Assembly: GCF_006345805.1 (NCBI RefSeq)
Contig: NC_043006.1
Coordinates: 40,548,001-40,612,000 of the forward strand
From: Octopus sinensis
Lineage: Eukaryota
DNA: 64,000 bases
Direction of reading: 5' to 3'
Part shown: in pieces, positions 12,501 through 24,754 of the stretch
Layout: every line of letters begins with the position of its first letter
How positions within the stretch are numbered: position 1 is the first letter of the stretch
The notes under the pieces: generated by a model
The model's database searches: none
What the model was told of the DNA's origin: nothing
What the model saw: the letters and a program-made list of their open reading frames with translations, nothing else
Made by a program: the position numbers and the translations under genes

Positions 12501-12845
12501 AAATTATTATGTACAGTGCTACAACAAAGACAAAGACAACCTTGGTGTAATTTGAACTCAGAGTGAAGAGTCAGATAAAATGCAGCATAAAGCTTTCCCC
12601 CTACATGTTAATGACTCTGCCAGCTCATTGTCTTGCTATTATCCAAATATAGATTTATGTAAAAAGAATCATGTTAAAGGTTGGTGTAGACATGGTTGTG
12701 TGGTTAAGGGGCTTGCCTTGCAACAGTGTTTTTTCAGGTTCAATCCCACTGCATGACACTTTGGGCAAGTATCTTCTACTATAGTCATGAGCTGACCAGT
12801 GTGCTGTGAGCGAATTTGGTGGGAAGATAGAAACTGTGTAGAAGC

Positions 12846-12898
<53 letters not shown>

Positions 12899-13666
12899 AT
12901 AAGTATGTATAAAACAAATCAAAATTGCTGACGTGGCCAATGACAGTACTGCCAGATTGGCACTCGTGCCAGTGGAATGTTAAAAGTACATCCGAGCTTG
13001 ATTGTTGCCAGGGCCATGGATTGGCTCCCATGCCGGTGACACATGAAAAGCACCATTCGAGTGTGATCATTGCCAACGTCACCTTACCAACACATGATAT
13101 ATATATATCATCATCATCATCATCATCGTTTAACATCCACTTTCAAAGCTGGCATGGGTTGGACAGTTTGACTGAGGACTGGCGAGCCAGAGTCTGCACC
13201 AGGCTCAATCTGATCTGACAGTTTCTACAGCTTGATGCCCTTCCTAATGCCAACCACTCCAAGAGTTTAGTGGGTGCTTTTACATGCCACCGGCACGAGG
13301 ACCAGTCAGGCAGCTCTGGCAACGACCACACTCAAAAGGTGTTTTTACATGCCACCTGCATGAGAGCCAGTCTGGCAGCACTGGCAAGGACCATGCTCAA
13401 ATGTTGTTTTACACATGCCACCACACATGTGTTGGTAAGGTGACGTTGGCAATGATTACACTCGAATGGTGCTTTTCATGTGTCACCGGCATGGGAGCCA
13501 ATCCATGGCCCTGGCAACGATCAAGCTCGGATGTACTTTTAACATTCCACTGGCACGAGTGCCAATCTGGCAGTACTGTCATTGGCCACGTCAGCAATTT
13601 TGATTTGTTTTATACATACTTATATCTATGTATATGTATGTATGTATATATATATATATTATATAT

Positions 13667-13719
<53 letters not shown>

Positions 13720-14740
13720 ATGATGATGATGATGACAGAAATTTCTCATAGTTCAATAAAGATGGTCCTGCAATTTTTTGTCGAAACAAGCACAAATGAT
13801 TTGTCGATAATGGTCAAATGTATGTGCTGTACATTAGCTGACACTCACCATCAAATTGACGTTGCTGAACAGAAGTACTGTGTGCTACATGCCAAGGGCT
13901 GAAGTGATCACAGATCAACATGAAATAGAGTGTTTTACTCAAGAACACAATGCACTACTAGGTCCAGGAATTGAAACCACAATCTCATGATCATGGGTTC
14001 GACTATGCTTGACACATATTCAAACCAGTAAAAAAAGCCATTCCAATGAGGATCAGTACTTTGTTGTACAGAGCAGAGATACATTTTTCTAGAGGATTTT
14101 TTCTTTTTTATCTTGTTTTTTCTTCTTTTTTTTACTACTCTTGTGCTCAAAATAGTATGTGGTCTTTTATGCTGTTCTGGTGACAATACCAAAAGGGTTG
14201 AAGATTGTATGATGAACTGCATCAGATAGCAAAGAAGCACCTCATCTTGCTTGAAGAACGCAAGACTGCAGTCTCTTCCAAAGTATTATTCCATTCTGCA
14301 GTCAAGAAACATCTTCTCAGGCAGACTTCTCAGTATGTTGCACAGACATATCCTACAACTGTTTTGAGGTCCTGGATTTAGAGGCCACAGAGATTAAATA
14401 AAGCATCAAACTCTTATAGAATTTAAAGTAATAGCTCCAGTTTCCTGAAGCTACTGGATTTGTTCAGTGTATAAACAGATTGGCTGGATATTTCCCTGTG
14501 ATAGGTCGAGTGATGCCAACAATACTGATGAGACCCCAATAAGGACTGAAAACTGGTTAAGGCTGTTTGCTTCAATGTCTTTTAATTTATAGAGAAATAG
14601 TTAAATTTACCATGTTTTTATGTGTACTACATAGGTTCATATATATATTTGGTGGTTGCAGTAACGGAGTTACATATCAAATTTTAGAAAAATTAGAGAC
14701 GGAATTGGAAAAACAGAAATAAAAAAAAATGAAAACTCAC

Positions 14741-14828
14741 AAGGAAGTAAACATTGGAAACGATTCTTGTCTTTATTTTCAGGTTTTATTGCTTCAGTAC
14801 ATGGATAAAGAAGATTACAAGGAAGATC
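14741..14828 (-). CDS. RPTP-like exon 13: PTP domain start DLPCNLLYPCTEAIKPENKDKNRFQCLLP(Y)
   Basis: KNRF variant of the KNRY motif; 88 nt, phase 0-1, as in the conserved RPTP D1 exon cassette; tttcag acceptor, GTGAGT donor. Confidence 0.93.
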
Positions 14829-15101
14829 CTGAAACACAAACCGAAATAATTTATAATAAAATACATATCAAGCATCGGTAGAGAATATGACTAACTGATT
14901 CATCAAACTGGTTCATGGATAAGTAGGAACCTTATTATAGTTATAGGAATGAGTATCCAGTTATGAAGCATTAAGTTCTACTTACTTTTGTCCCATTAAG
15001 AATCAAAGACAAACTCAGTTTGCAGAAGAGTTCTTTATAAGTTGGCTAAGCCTATCCAGTTACAATGATGACCTCTGCTATTTGAGATGTTTTAAGGATT
15101 A

Positions 15102-15354
15102 TATTGAGTTGGTGCATAATTATTGTGGGTTTTTTCAACAAATTTTATTCAACAAAAACAATAACAATATTTAACAAAAGCATCTTTAAATGACGGTCTG
15201 ACCATCTTCCAAGCAAATGGGAAGCAGTAATTGATCTAGATGGTGAATATGCTCCGGAATAATCATTTAAAGATGTTTTTGTTACATGTTGTTATTGTTT
15301 TTGTTGAATAAAATTTGCTGAAAAAAACCGCAATAATTATGCACCAACCCAATA
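15102..15354 (+). mobile_element. Mariner-derived MITE with about 90-bp TIRs
   Basis: TATTGAGTTGGTGCATAATTATTG...CAATAATTATGCACCAACCCAATA; internal remnant LPSKWEAVIDLDGEY. Confidence 0.85.
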
Positions 15355-16256
15355 AGTTGGCCAATCCTGTCCAGTTATAACAATGACCTCTGCTGTTTGA
15401 GATGTTTTGAGGGATTATATATCCTTTCCACTTTTAAATCATTATATACACTCACTTCTCCCCTTGTAGTTGTTCATATTGGATCTTATTGGATCTCTCA
15501 ACATCTGTGGTCCTATTTCAGAGCAAATGGCAGTCTTATCTTTGTTTTTATGTATTCTATTTGACAACCTTTGTCTTTAGTGTTAATCCCATGATAAAAT
15601 GCAATCAATATAATGTATGAATTGGACAGCATTTGGAAGGACACCCAACCATGTATAGATATACTGATAGATAGATCGAGAAAAAGAAAGAGAGAGAGAT
15701 GGGGAGATAAATGGATATGCAGATAAATAGATAAGTAGGTATATAGATAGAGAGAGAGAGAGATCATAGTCAAGGTTGGAGTGGAGGGATGATGACGATG
15801 ATGGTGATGATGGTGGTGGTGGTGGTGATGGTGGTGGTAGTACAGGTGGTGGCACAGTTGTGGTGGTGGTGGTGGTACAGGCAGTAGTGGAAGCAGCGGT
15901 GGTGTTGGTGGTGGTGGCGGTGGTGGTTGTACAGGCAGTGGTGATGGTGGTTGTACAGGCGGTGGTGGGGGAGATATAGGCGGTGGCAGCAGTGGTGGTG
16001 GTGGTTGTACAGGCAGTGGTGGGGGAGATACAGGCGGTGGCAGTGGTGATGGTAGTGGTGGTTGTGGTGGCAGTGGTGGTGGTGGTGGTGGTTGTGGTGG
16101 CGGTGGTGGTGGTTGTGGTGGCAGCGGTGGTGGTGATGATGAGAATGATATAAACTAAATTTAGGGTATTAGAAGAGACATTTATTCCACATTCTTTACA
16201 AAGAAGAAAAAAAAGAAATGGAATGAAAAAAACCTGCTGTAGTTTGGTAAACTTAC

Positions 16257-16387
16257 AGAGAAATCTTTAGAAAAAGGTTCCAGCTTTCTCTTCTTCTGTT
16301 GGACATAAATCAGAATATTTTGCTTGTTCAGTTCTGTTGCTATTGGCTGAATGTAAACGGACTCGTCAAAGGGGATGCTGTCTGGGA
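16257..16387 (-). CDS. RPTP-like exon 12: juxtamembrane/wedge region PDSIPFDESVYIQP...YVQQKKRKLEPFSKDFS
   Basis: tttcttcag acceptor, GTAAGT donor, 131 nt, phase 1-0. Confidence 0.87.
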
Positions 16388-16823
16388 CTGAAGAAACATA
16401 CAACATAATTAATTAAGATAAATTAAGGTAACAAGCTGGCAGAATCATTACTGCACCAGGCAAACTGTTTAGCGGCATTTCATCTATCTTTTCTTTCTGA
16501 GTTCAAACTCCACCTGGGCAAACTTTGCTGTTTGTCCTTTTGGGGTTGATTAAATAAGTACCAGTTGGGTCCTGAGGGGAGGGTGGGGGGGTCGATGGAA
16601 TCAACTTATCCATCTCCTTTGAAACTGATGGCTGCGTACCAAAATTTGAAATCAATTAGTTACATGGGTGCAAGTGTGGCTCTGTGGTAAGAATCTTGCT
16701 TCCCAACCACATGGTTTGAGGTTCAATCCCACTGCGTGGCACCTTGGGCAAGTATCTTCTACTATAGCCTCAGGCCGACCAAAGCCTTGCGAGTGGATTT
16801 GGTAGACAGAAACTGAAAGAAAC

Positions 16824-16898
<75 letters not shown>

Positions 16899-18538
16899 GT
16901 GTGTGTGTGTGTGTATGTTATATGTTTGTGTGTCTGTGTTTGCCCCCCCACCACCACCACCACTACCACTATCACTTGGAAACTGATCTTGGTGTGTTTA
17001 CATCTCTGTAACTTAACAGTTCAGCAAAAGAGAATGATAGAATAAGTATTAAGGCTTACAAAGAATAAGTCCTAGGGTCAATTTGTTCAACTAAAGCTGA
17101 TGCTCCAGCATGGCCGCAGTCAAATGACTGAAACAAGCAAAAGAATAAAAGAATAAATTCTTGCTACCATCTTTTAACTTTTTACTGTTTTTGTTTCAGC
17201 CACTGGACTGCTGCCATACTGGAGCACCACCTCGAAATACGCTTATTACCTTACTTTTTTTTTTTTTTCAAGTCTGATATTTATTTTATCGGTCAATTTT
17301 TGTCAAATTACCAAGTTACAGGGATGTAAAGAAACCAACACCAGACCAGTTGTCAAATAAACACAAGGAACGGCATTTCATCACTTCTGATGATAAGGGT
17401 GGAACTGAACCCTAAACTACATGACTACAAAGCAAGTTTCTTAACCCCACAGCCATGCCTGTACCTATAAGTTATTATGATCCACTTCAGTCATGAATGA
17501 CCATGGGGTTGCACATAGAAAATTCCCCTCCAAGGCACAAATCTGAGTAGGGTTGTTTATGGAAGACCAGCAATCAGCCACGTATACCAGCCTCCCCTCT
17601 CCATGCCACTAATGTTATCCAAGGGAAAAGCAAAGGGGCCGATATATCTTGGCACCAGTGACATCGCAACTCATTTCTACAGCTGAGTAAACTGGAGCAA
17701 CATAAAATAAAGTGTTTTGCTCAAGAACACAACACACAGCCCGGTCAAGGAATTAAACTCACAACCATGTGACTGTGAGCCTGACACTCGATCCACTGAG
17801 CCATGCACCTTCACAAGCCCCAACATGATACAATATTTAATACCATCAGGGCGGCGAGCTGGCAGAATCGTTGGCACACCAGGTGAACTGCCTAGCAGTA
17901 TTTCGTCTGCCATTATGTTCTGAGTTCAATTCCACCGAGGTCAGCTTTGCTTTTCATCCTTTTGGGGTTGATTAAATAAGTACCAGTTATGCACTGGGGT
18001 CGACGTAATCGATTTAACCCCTTTGTCTGTTTTTGTTTGTCCCCTCTGTGTTTAGCCCCCTGTAGGCAATAAAGAAATAAATATTTAATACCATGTTTAA
18101 TATATTCCTTTTGTTAATCAGGAGAGAAGACAGGACCCATGGCCCCTTATAGGGCCTCTGAAACTTGTGGGAGGAAGTTATTCTTATACTGGAAACCTAG
18201 TTTAAGGGACTCCACTAAAAGCATCCAAATTACAAGGTTGTGGCATTAAGATGTGCAACAAAAATTTCATTAAAGTAGCTTTTTTTAATTTCCTTTTATT
18301 ATCCTACAGTTATAGATTAAAAAATTTTAAGATGTTTTGCAAACAACTTACACATGAAAGTGCTACAAGTTGAAATCTCTACAAACTAGAAGCCAGCAAG
18401 TGTATGAGATAATCAGGAGGAAATGCACACTGTTTTGAGGCCTACTTCTTGACAACATCATTGCACACCAGCCTTATAAATATCACACACACACACACAC
18501 ACACACACACTTCATTTCACATTGGACTCGTGATTGCA

Positions 18539-19020
18539 GTGGCAGTGCATGACTTAGTGGTTAAGGTGTTGGACTCATGACTGTAATATTGTGGTTTCAA
18601 TTCCTGGACTGGGCAATGCATTGCGTTCTTAAGCAAAATACTTCATTTCACATTGCTGTGGAGGCACATGACTAAGTGGTTAAGGTGTTGGACTCATGAT
18701 TGTAAGACTGTGGTTTCAATTCCTGGACTGGGCAATGCATTGTGTTCTTAAGCAAAACACTTCCTTTCACATTGCTGTGGCAGTGCATGACTTAGTGGTT
18801 AAGGTGTTGGACTCATGACTGTAATATTGTGGTTTCAATTCCTGGACTGGGCAATGCATTGCATTCTTAAGCAAAACACTTCATTTCACATTGCTGCGGA
18901 GGTCCATGGCTTAGTGGTTAGGGTGTTGGACTCATGATTGTAATATTGTGGTTTCAATTTCTGGACTGGGCAATGCATTGTGTTCTTCATTTCATGTTGC
19001 TCCAGTCCACTCAGTAAAAA
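18539..19020 (+). repeat. Tandem array of four 119-bp tRNA-head/CORE SINE monomers (2-unit versions at 10256-10620 and 32330-32590)
   Basis: Units start at 18539, 18658, 18777 and 18896. Confidence 0.9.
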
Positions 19021-19254
19021 TGAATAATCCTATGACAGACTAGCATCCCATCCAGGGAAGAATATGTACACCAGAAAGACTGCTAGACTAGCCCTGTGCT
19101 CCTTACGGTGTTATGTGGACAAGCTAACCATAACACAGTTCACAACTGAATTTACTGTTACCCAGATGAGTGAGGAATAAAATGATGATGAACAAAGATG
19201 GCTATATGCATAGTGAAGATCTCTGCTCATGGTATCTCCGTACATGGAAGCAAT

Positions 19255-19285
<31 letters not shown>

Positions 19286-19650
19286 ACGTCGTCGTCGTCG
19301 TTGTCGTCGTTATTTAATGTTCGTTGTCCATGCTGGCATGGGGTGGACAGTTTGACAAGGGCTGGTAAGCTGAGAGGTTGCACCAGGCATGGTTTCTACT
19401 CTGAGAGTGTAATGGCTATTACATGCCACTGGCACAGGTGCCAGTTGTGTGGCACGAATAACTGCCACAAATGTGATTTCACTTGGCTTGATGGATCTTC
19501 TCCACAAGCATGGCATAATGCTAAAGGCCTCGGTCATTTGTCATTGCCTCTGTGAGACCCAACGCTTGAAAGATTCTTTTTTACATGCCACTAACATGGG
19601 CACTAGTTATACAATTTCATAATATCAAATAAAGAAATATGATTTCTTAC

Positions 19651-19721
19651 CTGAACTTACTAAAGTGACCTCTGATAGTCGTTTCTTACAGGCTGTATAT
19701 TTCTTAATTTTGCAATACTTA
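19651..19721 (-). CDS. RPTP-like exon 11: basic stop-transfer segment YKYCKIKKYTACKKRLSEVTLVSS
   Basis: tttttgttttacag acceptor, GTAAGA donor, 71 nt, phase 2-1 matching both neighbours. Confidence 0.85.
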
Positions 19722-19810
19722 CTGTAAAACAAAAATAAGATGAAGATGAATGCTGGCAAAAAACATGGAATCATACAGCTAATGCTGAACTCCAGAATTT
19801 GTTATATTAA

Positions 19811-20031
19811 CCCTTTTGTTACTAACTTGGCTGAAACCGGCTCTGGCTCTGAGTACAAATGTCTGGTTTTCATAAGTTTTGAATTAGAACCTTCCATCAA
19901 ACCTTAGTCACAATTTATGTTTCTAACACTAGCTTAAAGATAACTAAGATATTTTACTAAATCCTTTGTTATATTTAAAATTAATTGAAAGAAACACAGA
20001 GCATCTCAACAGATATATGATAACAAAAGGG
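19811..20031. mobile_element. piggyBac-type MITE (second, decayed copy at about 20060-20277)
   Basis: TTAA on both sides; TIR CCCTTTTGTTA(C/T). Confidence 0.85.
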
Positions 20032-20571
20032 TTAAAATATATAATAGAGAAACAATTCTTAAACCTTTCATTACCGACCAGACTGAAACCAGCTCTTGCT
20101 CTGAGTACAAATGTCTTGTTTTCATAAGTTTTGAATTAAAATCTTCCACCAAACCTTAATCACAATTTATGTTCCTAACACTAGCTTAATGATAACTAAG
20201 TTATTTTACTAAATTTTTTGTTATATTTAAAGTAATTGAAAGAAACACAGAGCATCTCAAAATAAATACAGTAACAGCTGAGAAATGAATTTTCCTTTTG
20301 CTAAATATTTTATTTATTTATTTTTGATTGAGAAAGAATGTACTATATTGTTTAATTAATATTTGTTAATTAAGGCAGTGAGAAGGTAGAATCGTTAACA
20401 TTCTTGGCAAAATGCTTTGTCGCATTTTATTGGTGTGGGTTCAAATCCCGCTGAAGATTTCATCTTTTTGGGGTTGATAAAATCTCTTCACCTCAAAATG
20501 TTACTGGCCTTGTGCCAAAATTTGAAATCAGTCTTTGCAATGATTCTGTTTTTCGTATCTTTTGCTGTTTG

Positions 20572-20830
20572 CCCAGCCACCTCACTCTGTGAGGCCCACT
20601 CAAAAGGAATTCAGCCACTTCACCTCCATGAGGCCTGCTCGAAAGGAACTCAGTCACCTCACTCTGTGAGGCCCACTCAAAAGGAATTCAGCCACCTCGC
20701 CTCCGTGAGGCCCTCTCAAAAGGAATTCAGTCACCTTGCCTCTGTGAGGCCCACTCAAAAGGAATTCAGCCACCTCGCCTCTGTGAGGCCCTCTCAAAAG
20801 GAATTCAGCCACCTTGCCTCTGTGAGGCCC
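20572..20830. repeat. 39-bp minisatellite, about 6-7 copies
   Basis: CAGCCACCTCGCCTCTGTGAGGCCCACTCAAAAGGAATT; produces the ASVRPTQKEFSHL repeats in the ORF track. Confidence 0.9.
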
Positions 20831-20969
20831 AACACTTGAAAGGAACTCAACCACTTTGCCTACGAGAATCATTAGGATCAGCAAAAGCCTCTTGAAGGCA
20901 TTTCCCCAGCATGGTCACAATCCAGGGATTGAAACCAGTAAAAGAGTAGAAAAAGGCAAATCTACTTAC

Positions 20970-21042
20970 TATATCATGACCAGACAAATCACCAGCAAAA
21001 TTACACAAACTACAATAAGTGAATCCGCTTGCAAGAATGATT
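20970..21042 (-). CDS. RPTP-like exon 10: transmembrane helix SFLQADSLIVVCVILLVICLVMI
   Basis: ttttgattttgctttcag acceptor, GTAAGT donor, 73 nt, phase 1-2; hydrophobic run followed by a basic exon. Confidence 0.85.
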
Positions 21043-22052
21043 CTGAAAGCAAAATCAAAATAGAATCAGCCAATATGGAATGAATTTGTTTTAAATCTAA
21101 AATATTTCAAAGAACTTTGGAAAAGATTTGTAATCAGAGGGGTCATGTTGTGTAAGGAAGTGGCTGTGTGGTAAGAAGTTTGCTTCCCAGCCACACGGTT
21201 CTGGGTTCAGTCCTGCTACATGGAACACTGGGCAAGTGAGAAGGAGTAAGGAACCATGTGGTTGTAATTTTAAATTAAGTCAATCTTGATTGTGTAAGAA
21301 TATAATTTATCGGAAGCATTTCAGATGTGACAATCCCAACTTAGTTTTTTATTCAGCATAATCCCCTCTCAGATTCACACACTTATGGAAGTGGCCTTAA
21401 GTTTTCCAAAGCCCAGTAAAAGAACTTGAAAAGCCAGGAACTTCTCAGCACCCCATTGTACTAGGAGCTGATTGAAGGGCTGTACAATGATAATAACAAT
21501 AACAACAACAACACAATTATTGCTAGTACTGCTGCTGCTGCTGCTGCAGTATGTTTGATCTTTCTTTTTTACTTATTTCAATCATTAGACTGTGGCCATG
21601 CTGGGGCACCACCTTGCAGAATTATTAGTCAAATGAATCAACCTCAGGACTTATTTTCTTTCTTTTAAAGCCTAATACTTATTTTATTGATCTCTTTTGC
21701 CAAACTGTAAAGTTACAAGGACATAAACACAACAAGAGTTTTTATCAAATAGTGGTGGGGGAGACAAGCACACATGCACACACACGCACACACATGATGG
21801 GTTTCTTTCAGTTTCTGTCAATCCAAATCCACTGACAAGGCTTTGTTCAGCCTGAGGCTATATATAGAAGACACTTGCCCAAGGTGCCACATAGTAGGAC
21901 TGAACCTGGAACCATGTGGTTGGGAAGCTAACCACACAGCAACTCTTTATTTTTTTTTAAATTTATTTTATTCATAACATTGTGGAAAGCTCAATTTCTG
22001 TAAAACAAGGCCAAGTAAATTTTGAATTAACAAAAGAAATAAAACAGTTTAC

Positions 22053-22169
22053 CTGCTAGCTGTGCCTGACATGCATCATAGATGCATAAACCCGTGATTT
22101 GATCACATTCTTTTTGTTGACAGTTGCATCTTGAATGGCAAAGATTCCCGTAAAACCCTGGTAAACATT
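22053..22169 (-). CDS. RPTP-like exon 9: EGF-like CLPGFYGNLCHSRCNCQQKECDQITGLCIYDAC
   Basis: CxxGFYGxxC..CxC pattern; ttacag acceptor, GTAAAC donor, 117 nt, phase 1-1. Confidence 0.92.
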
Positions 22170-22268
22170 CTGTAATGTAAATATTTGAAATTTAGTAAAT
22201 TTCATTATCAATATTCTACACTCCAAACTTATTAATAATATATGAGGTGGCATCAAAAGGTTTCTGGA

Positions 22269-22299
<31 letters not shown>

Positions 22300-22524
22300 G
22301 TTTAACGTCTGTTTCCCATGCTAGCATGGGTTGGACTATTTGACTGAGGTCTGGCAAACCAGATGGCTGCACCAGGCTCCAATCTGATCTGGCAGAGTTT
22401 CTACAGCTGGATGCCCTTCCTAACACTAACCACTCCAAGAGTGTAGTGGGTGCTTTTACGTGCCACCAGCAAGGAAGCCTGTTTGCTGCCCTGGCAACAA
22501 TCACGCTTGAATGGTGCTCTTAGC

Positions 22525-22624
<100 letters not shown>

Positions 22625-23402
22625 ACACACACATACACACACACATATATATATATATATATATTTCCATCCAGTCCATCTCAGCATGGAAAGCAGACAT
22701 TAAACAATGATGATAATATATACATATATATATATATAAAACATTGATTAGAGAACAAACATCAAATTCGAGTCAATGACTTTATATAACACCGCGCTTC
22801 CATACATTTGATCATATTTTAATATTACCATGGTATCCAACATATAAAAGAATACATATATAAAAAAACACAGAAGGTAAAAAATATATATGCAACTAAA
22901 AATACAAATATATAGAATGGCCTATCAAGAAATGGTATCTACAATCAACTAAAAATAAGTAATCAAAATAAATTACTAAAGCGTGTTTTTACTCCCCTCA
23001 ATTAAAACTATGTCAAAATAGTTTGTTTCATAAAAACCATGGTTGGTTAGAGTCCAAGGAGCATAAGAGAATTCCACAAAAACGAGTTATTTGTAGAAAA
23101 GCATGAATCCAGAGAAGAAGCTCTCTCTAAGATGTAGAGCAGATAATATTTTAATATTTTTATTTCTAAGTTTTTGTTAATGAGATGTGGCTACAAACAA
23201 TGTTTACCATGATAACCTTTTAAGTTTTAGATCAGGAGTCTCTTAGTCAATGATTCTTCACAGAAGTTATATATTTTTAGTGCTATTATTACAATACTCC
23301 ATTATTCGTCTGCTGGACAAGTAAGTGTCAGCCTAAGATCAACAGCAAATAATAAAGAAGAAAAGCCAATGGAAAACCGATTATAGCAGCGACTCCATCT
23401 TA

Positions 23403-23442
23403 GAATATCTGAAGAAGGAATTTTATTCCGAAATATCATATC
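23403..23442 (+). ncRNA. Minimal type I hammerhead motif
   Basis: ATAT-CTGAAGA-A-GGAAT-ttt-ATTCC-GAAA-TATC-ATAT; AUC cleavage triplet. Confidence 0.65.
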
Positions 23443-24313
23443 AGACTATGGAGGACTAAATTACAACAGGTATATAGCCTGTAGAAAAACATAAATCCAG
23501 AGAAGAAGCTCACTCTAAGATGTAGAGCAGCTAACATTCTAATGGGGGAGGCCAGTTTATGGGGTTGTCTGACTCCAAACCTGTTGGTTTAAGACCTCTT
23601 CAAAATATGGACAAGGAAATGCCCCACTAGAATCCACGGTCTAATCGTTCCATATTTATGAGACACCTGTAGTTTCCGTAAAATATGTAGAAGCACAGTG
23701 CTGGTCAGCTATTTAACAGAAACTGCATGGTCTCTGTGAAAAACTCTGGCCAGGGAGCAAAAGGGATTGTTTGTAGAAAAACATAAATCCGGAGGAGAAG
23801 CACATTCTAAGATGTAGAGCATTTGATATTAGTGTGCCTCTCTGGTGTCATGTAAAAAGCACCCAGTCCAAATTGTAAGGTGGTTGGCATTGGGAAGGGC
23901 ATCCAGCCATAAAAAAAACTATGCCAAATAGACAGCAGAGCTCAGTATGGTCCTCTGGCTTGCCAGCTCCAGTCAAAACCATCCAACCCATGCCAGCATG
24001 GAAAACAGACATTAAATGATGATGACGACGACTACGACAATGATGACTATAATGATGATGATGATGGCAGCAGTTTTGGTGGCAGTGGTGGTGGTGTTAG
24101 CAGTGTTGGTAGTGGTGGTGGTGGCAGCGGCGGCAGTGGAGGTGGTGGTGGTGGTGGTGGTGGTGGTTGTGGTGGTTGTGGTGGTTGTGGTGGTGGTAGT
24201 GGTGGTGGTGGTTGTGGTGGTGGTGGTGGCGCTGGTTGATGGTGGCGTTGGTTGATGGTGTTCAAGAAGGAGATAGCAGTAATGGTGATCATGAAATACG
24301 AAACGTCACTTAC

Positions 24314-24484
24314 GTAGAACTTCAACTTCACAAAGACTCAAGATGGCAGACCCAGCATTGATTGCTATGGTCACAGAATCTCCAATCTGTGGTTCTCTAC
24401 ACATAACATCCAAGCTCAGTTCTTTATGATTCTTTGGACGTTGAAAACATGGCTTCGTGTTGTTACCAATGTACACAGTCAATT
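24314..24484 (-). CDS. RPTP-like exon 8: F-type lectin C-half (LTVYIGNN...C...CREPQIGDSVTI...LSLCEVEVL)
   Basis: LxLCEVEV terminal motif; tttgattcatag acceptor, GTAAGT donor, 171 nt, phase 1-1. Confidence 0.93.
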
Positions 24485-24754
24485 CTATGAATCAAAAATG
24501 CAGAAACATACCCAAGATTACTTCAATGATTAATTTTGACATTTATACAAAGACAAATATCTTTGTGGGAAGATGAGGCATTGTTTGACAAGAGGATGGT
24601 CTTTTTGCCTAACCCTTTAAGGGAGCTTTCAACTTAATCTTCTTCAAATGCATTAATGATAGACAAGGAAATGACAACCAAGAATACCAGGTGATGTCCC
24701 TGGAATTTTTAGAAGGGAGGCACAAGGTCAGAAGGGAATGCCATTCCAGGAGAA

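Noticed and set aside
14525-14560. CTGATGA-GACCCCAATAAGGACT-GAAAAC hammerhead-like string
   Set aside because: Stem II and stem I do not pair; at best a decayed relic.
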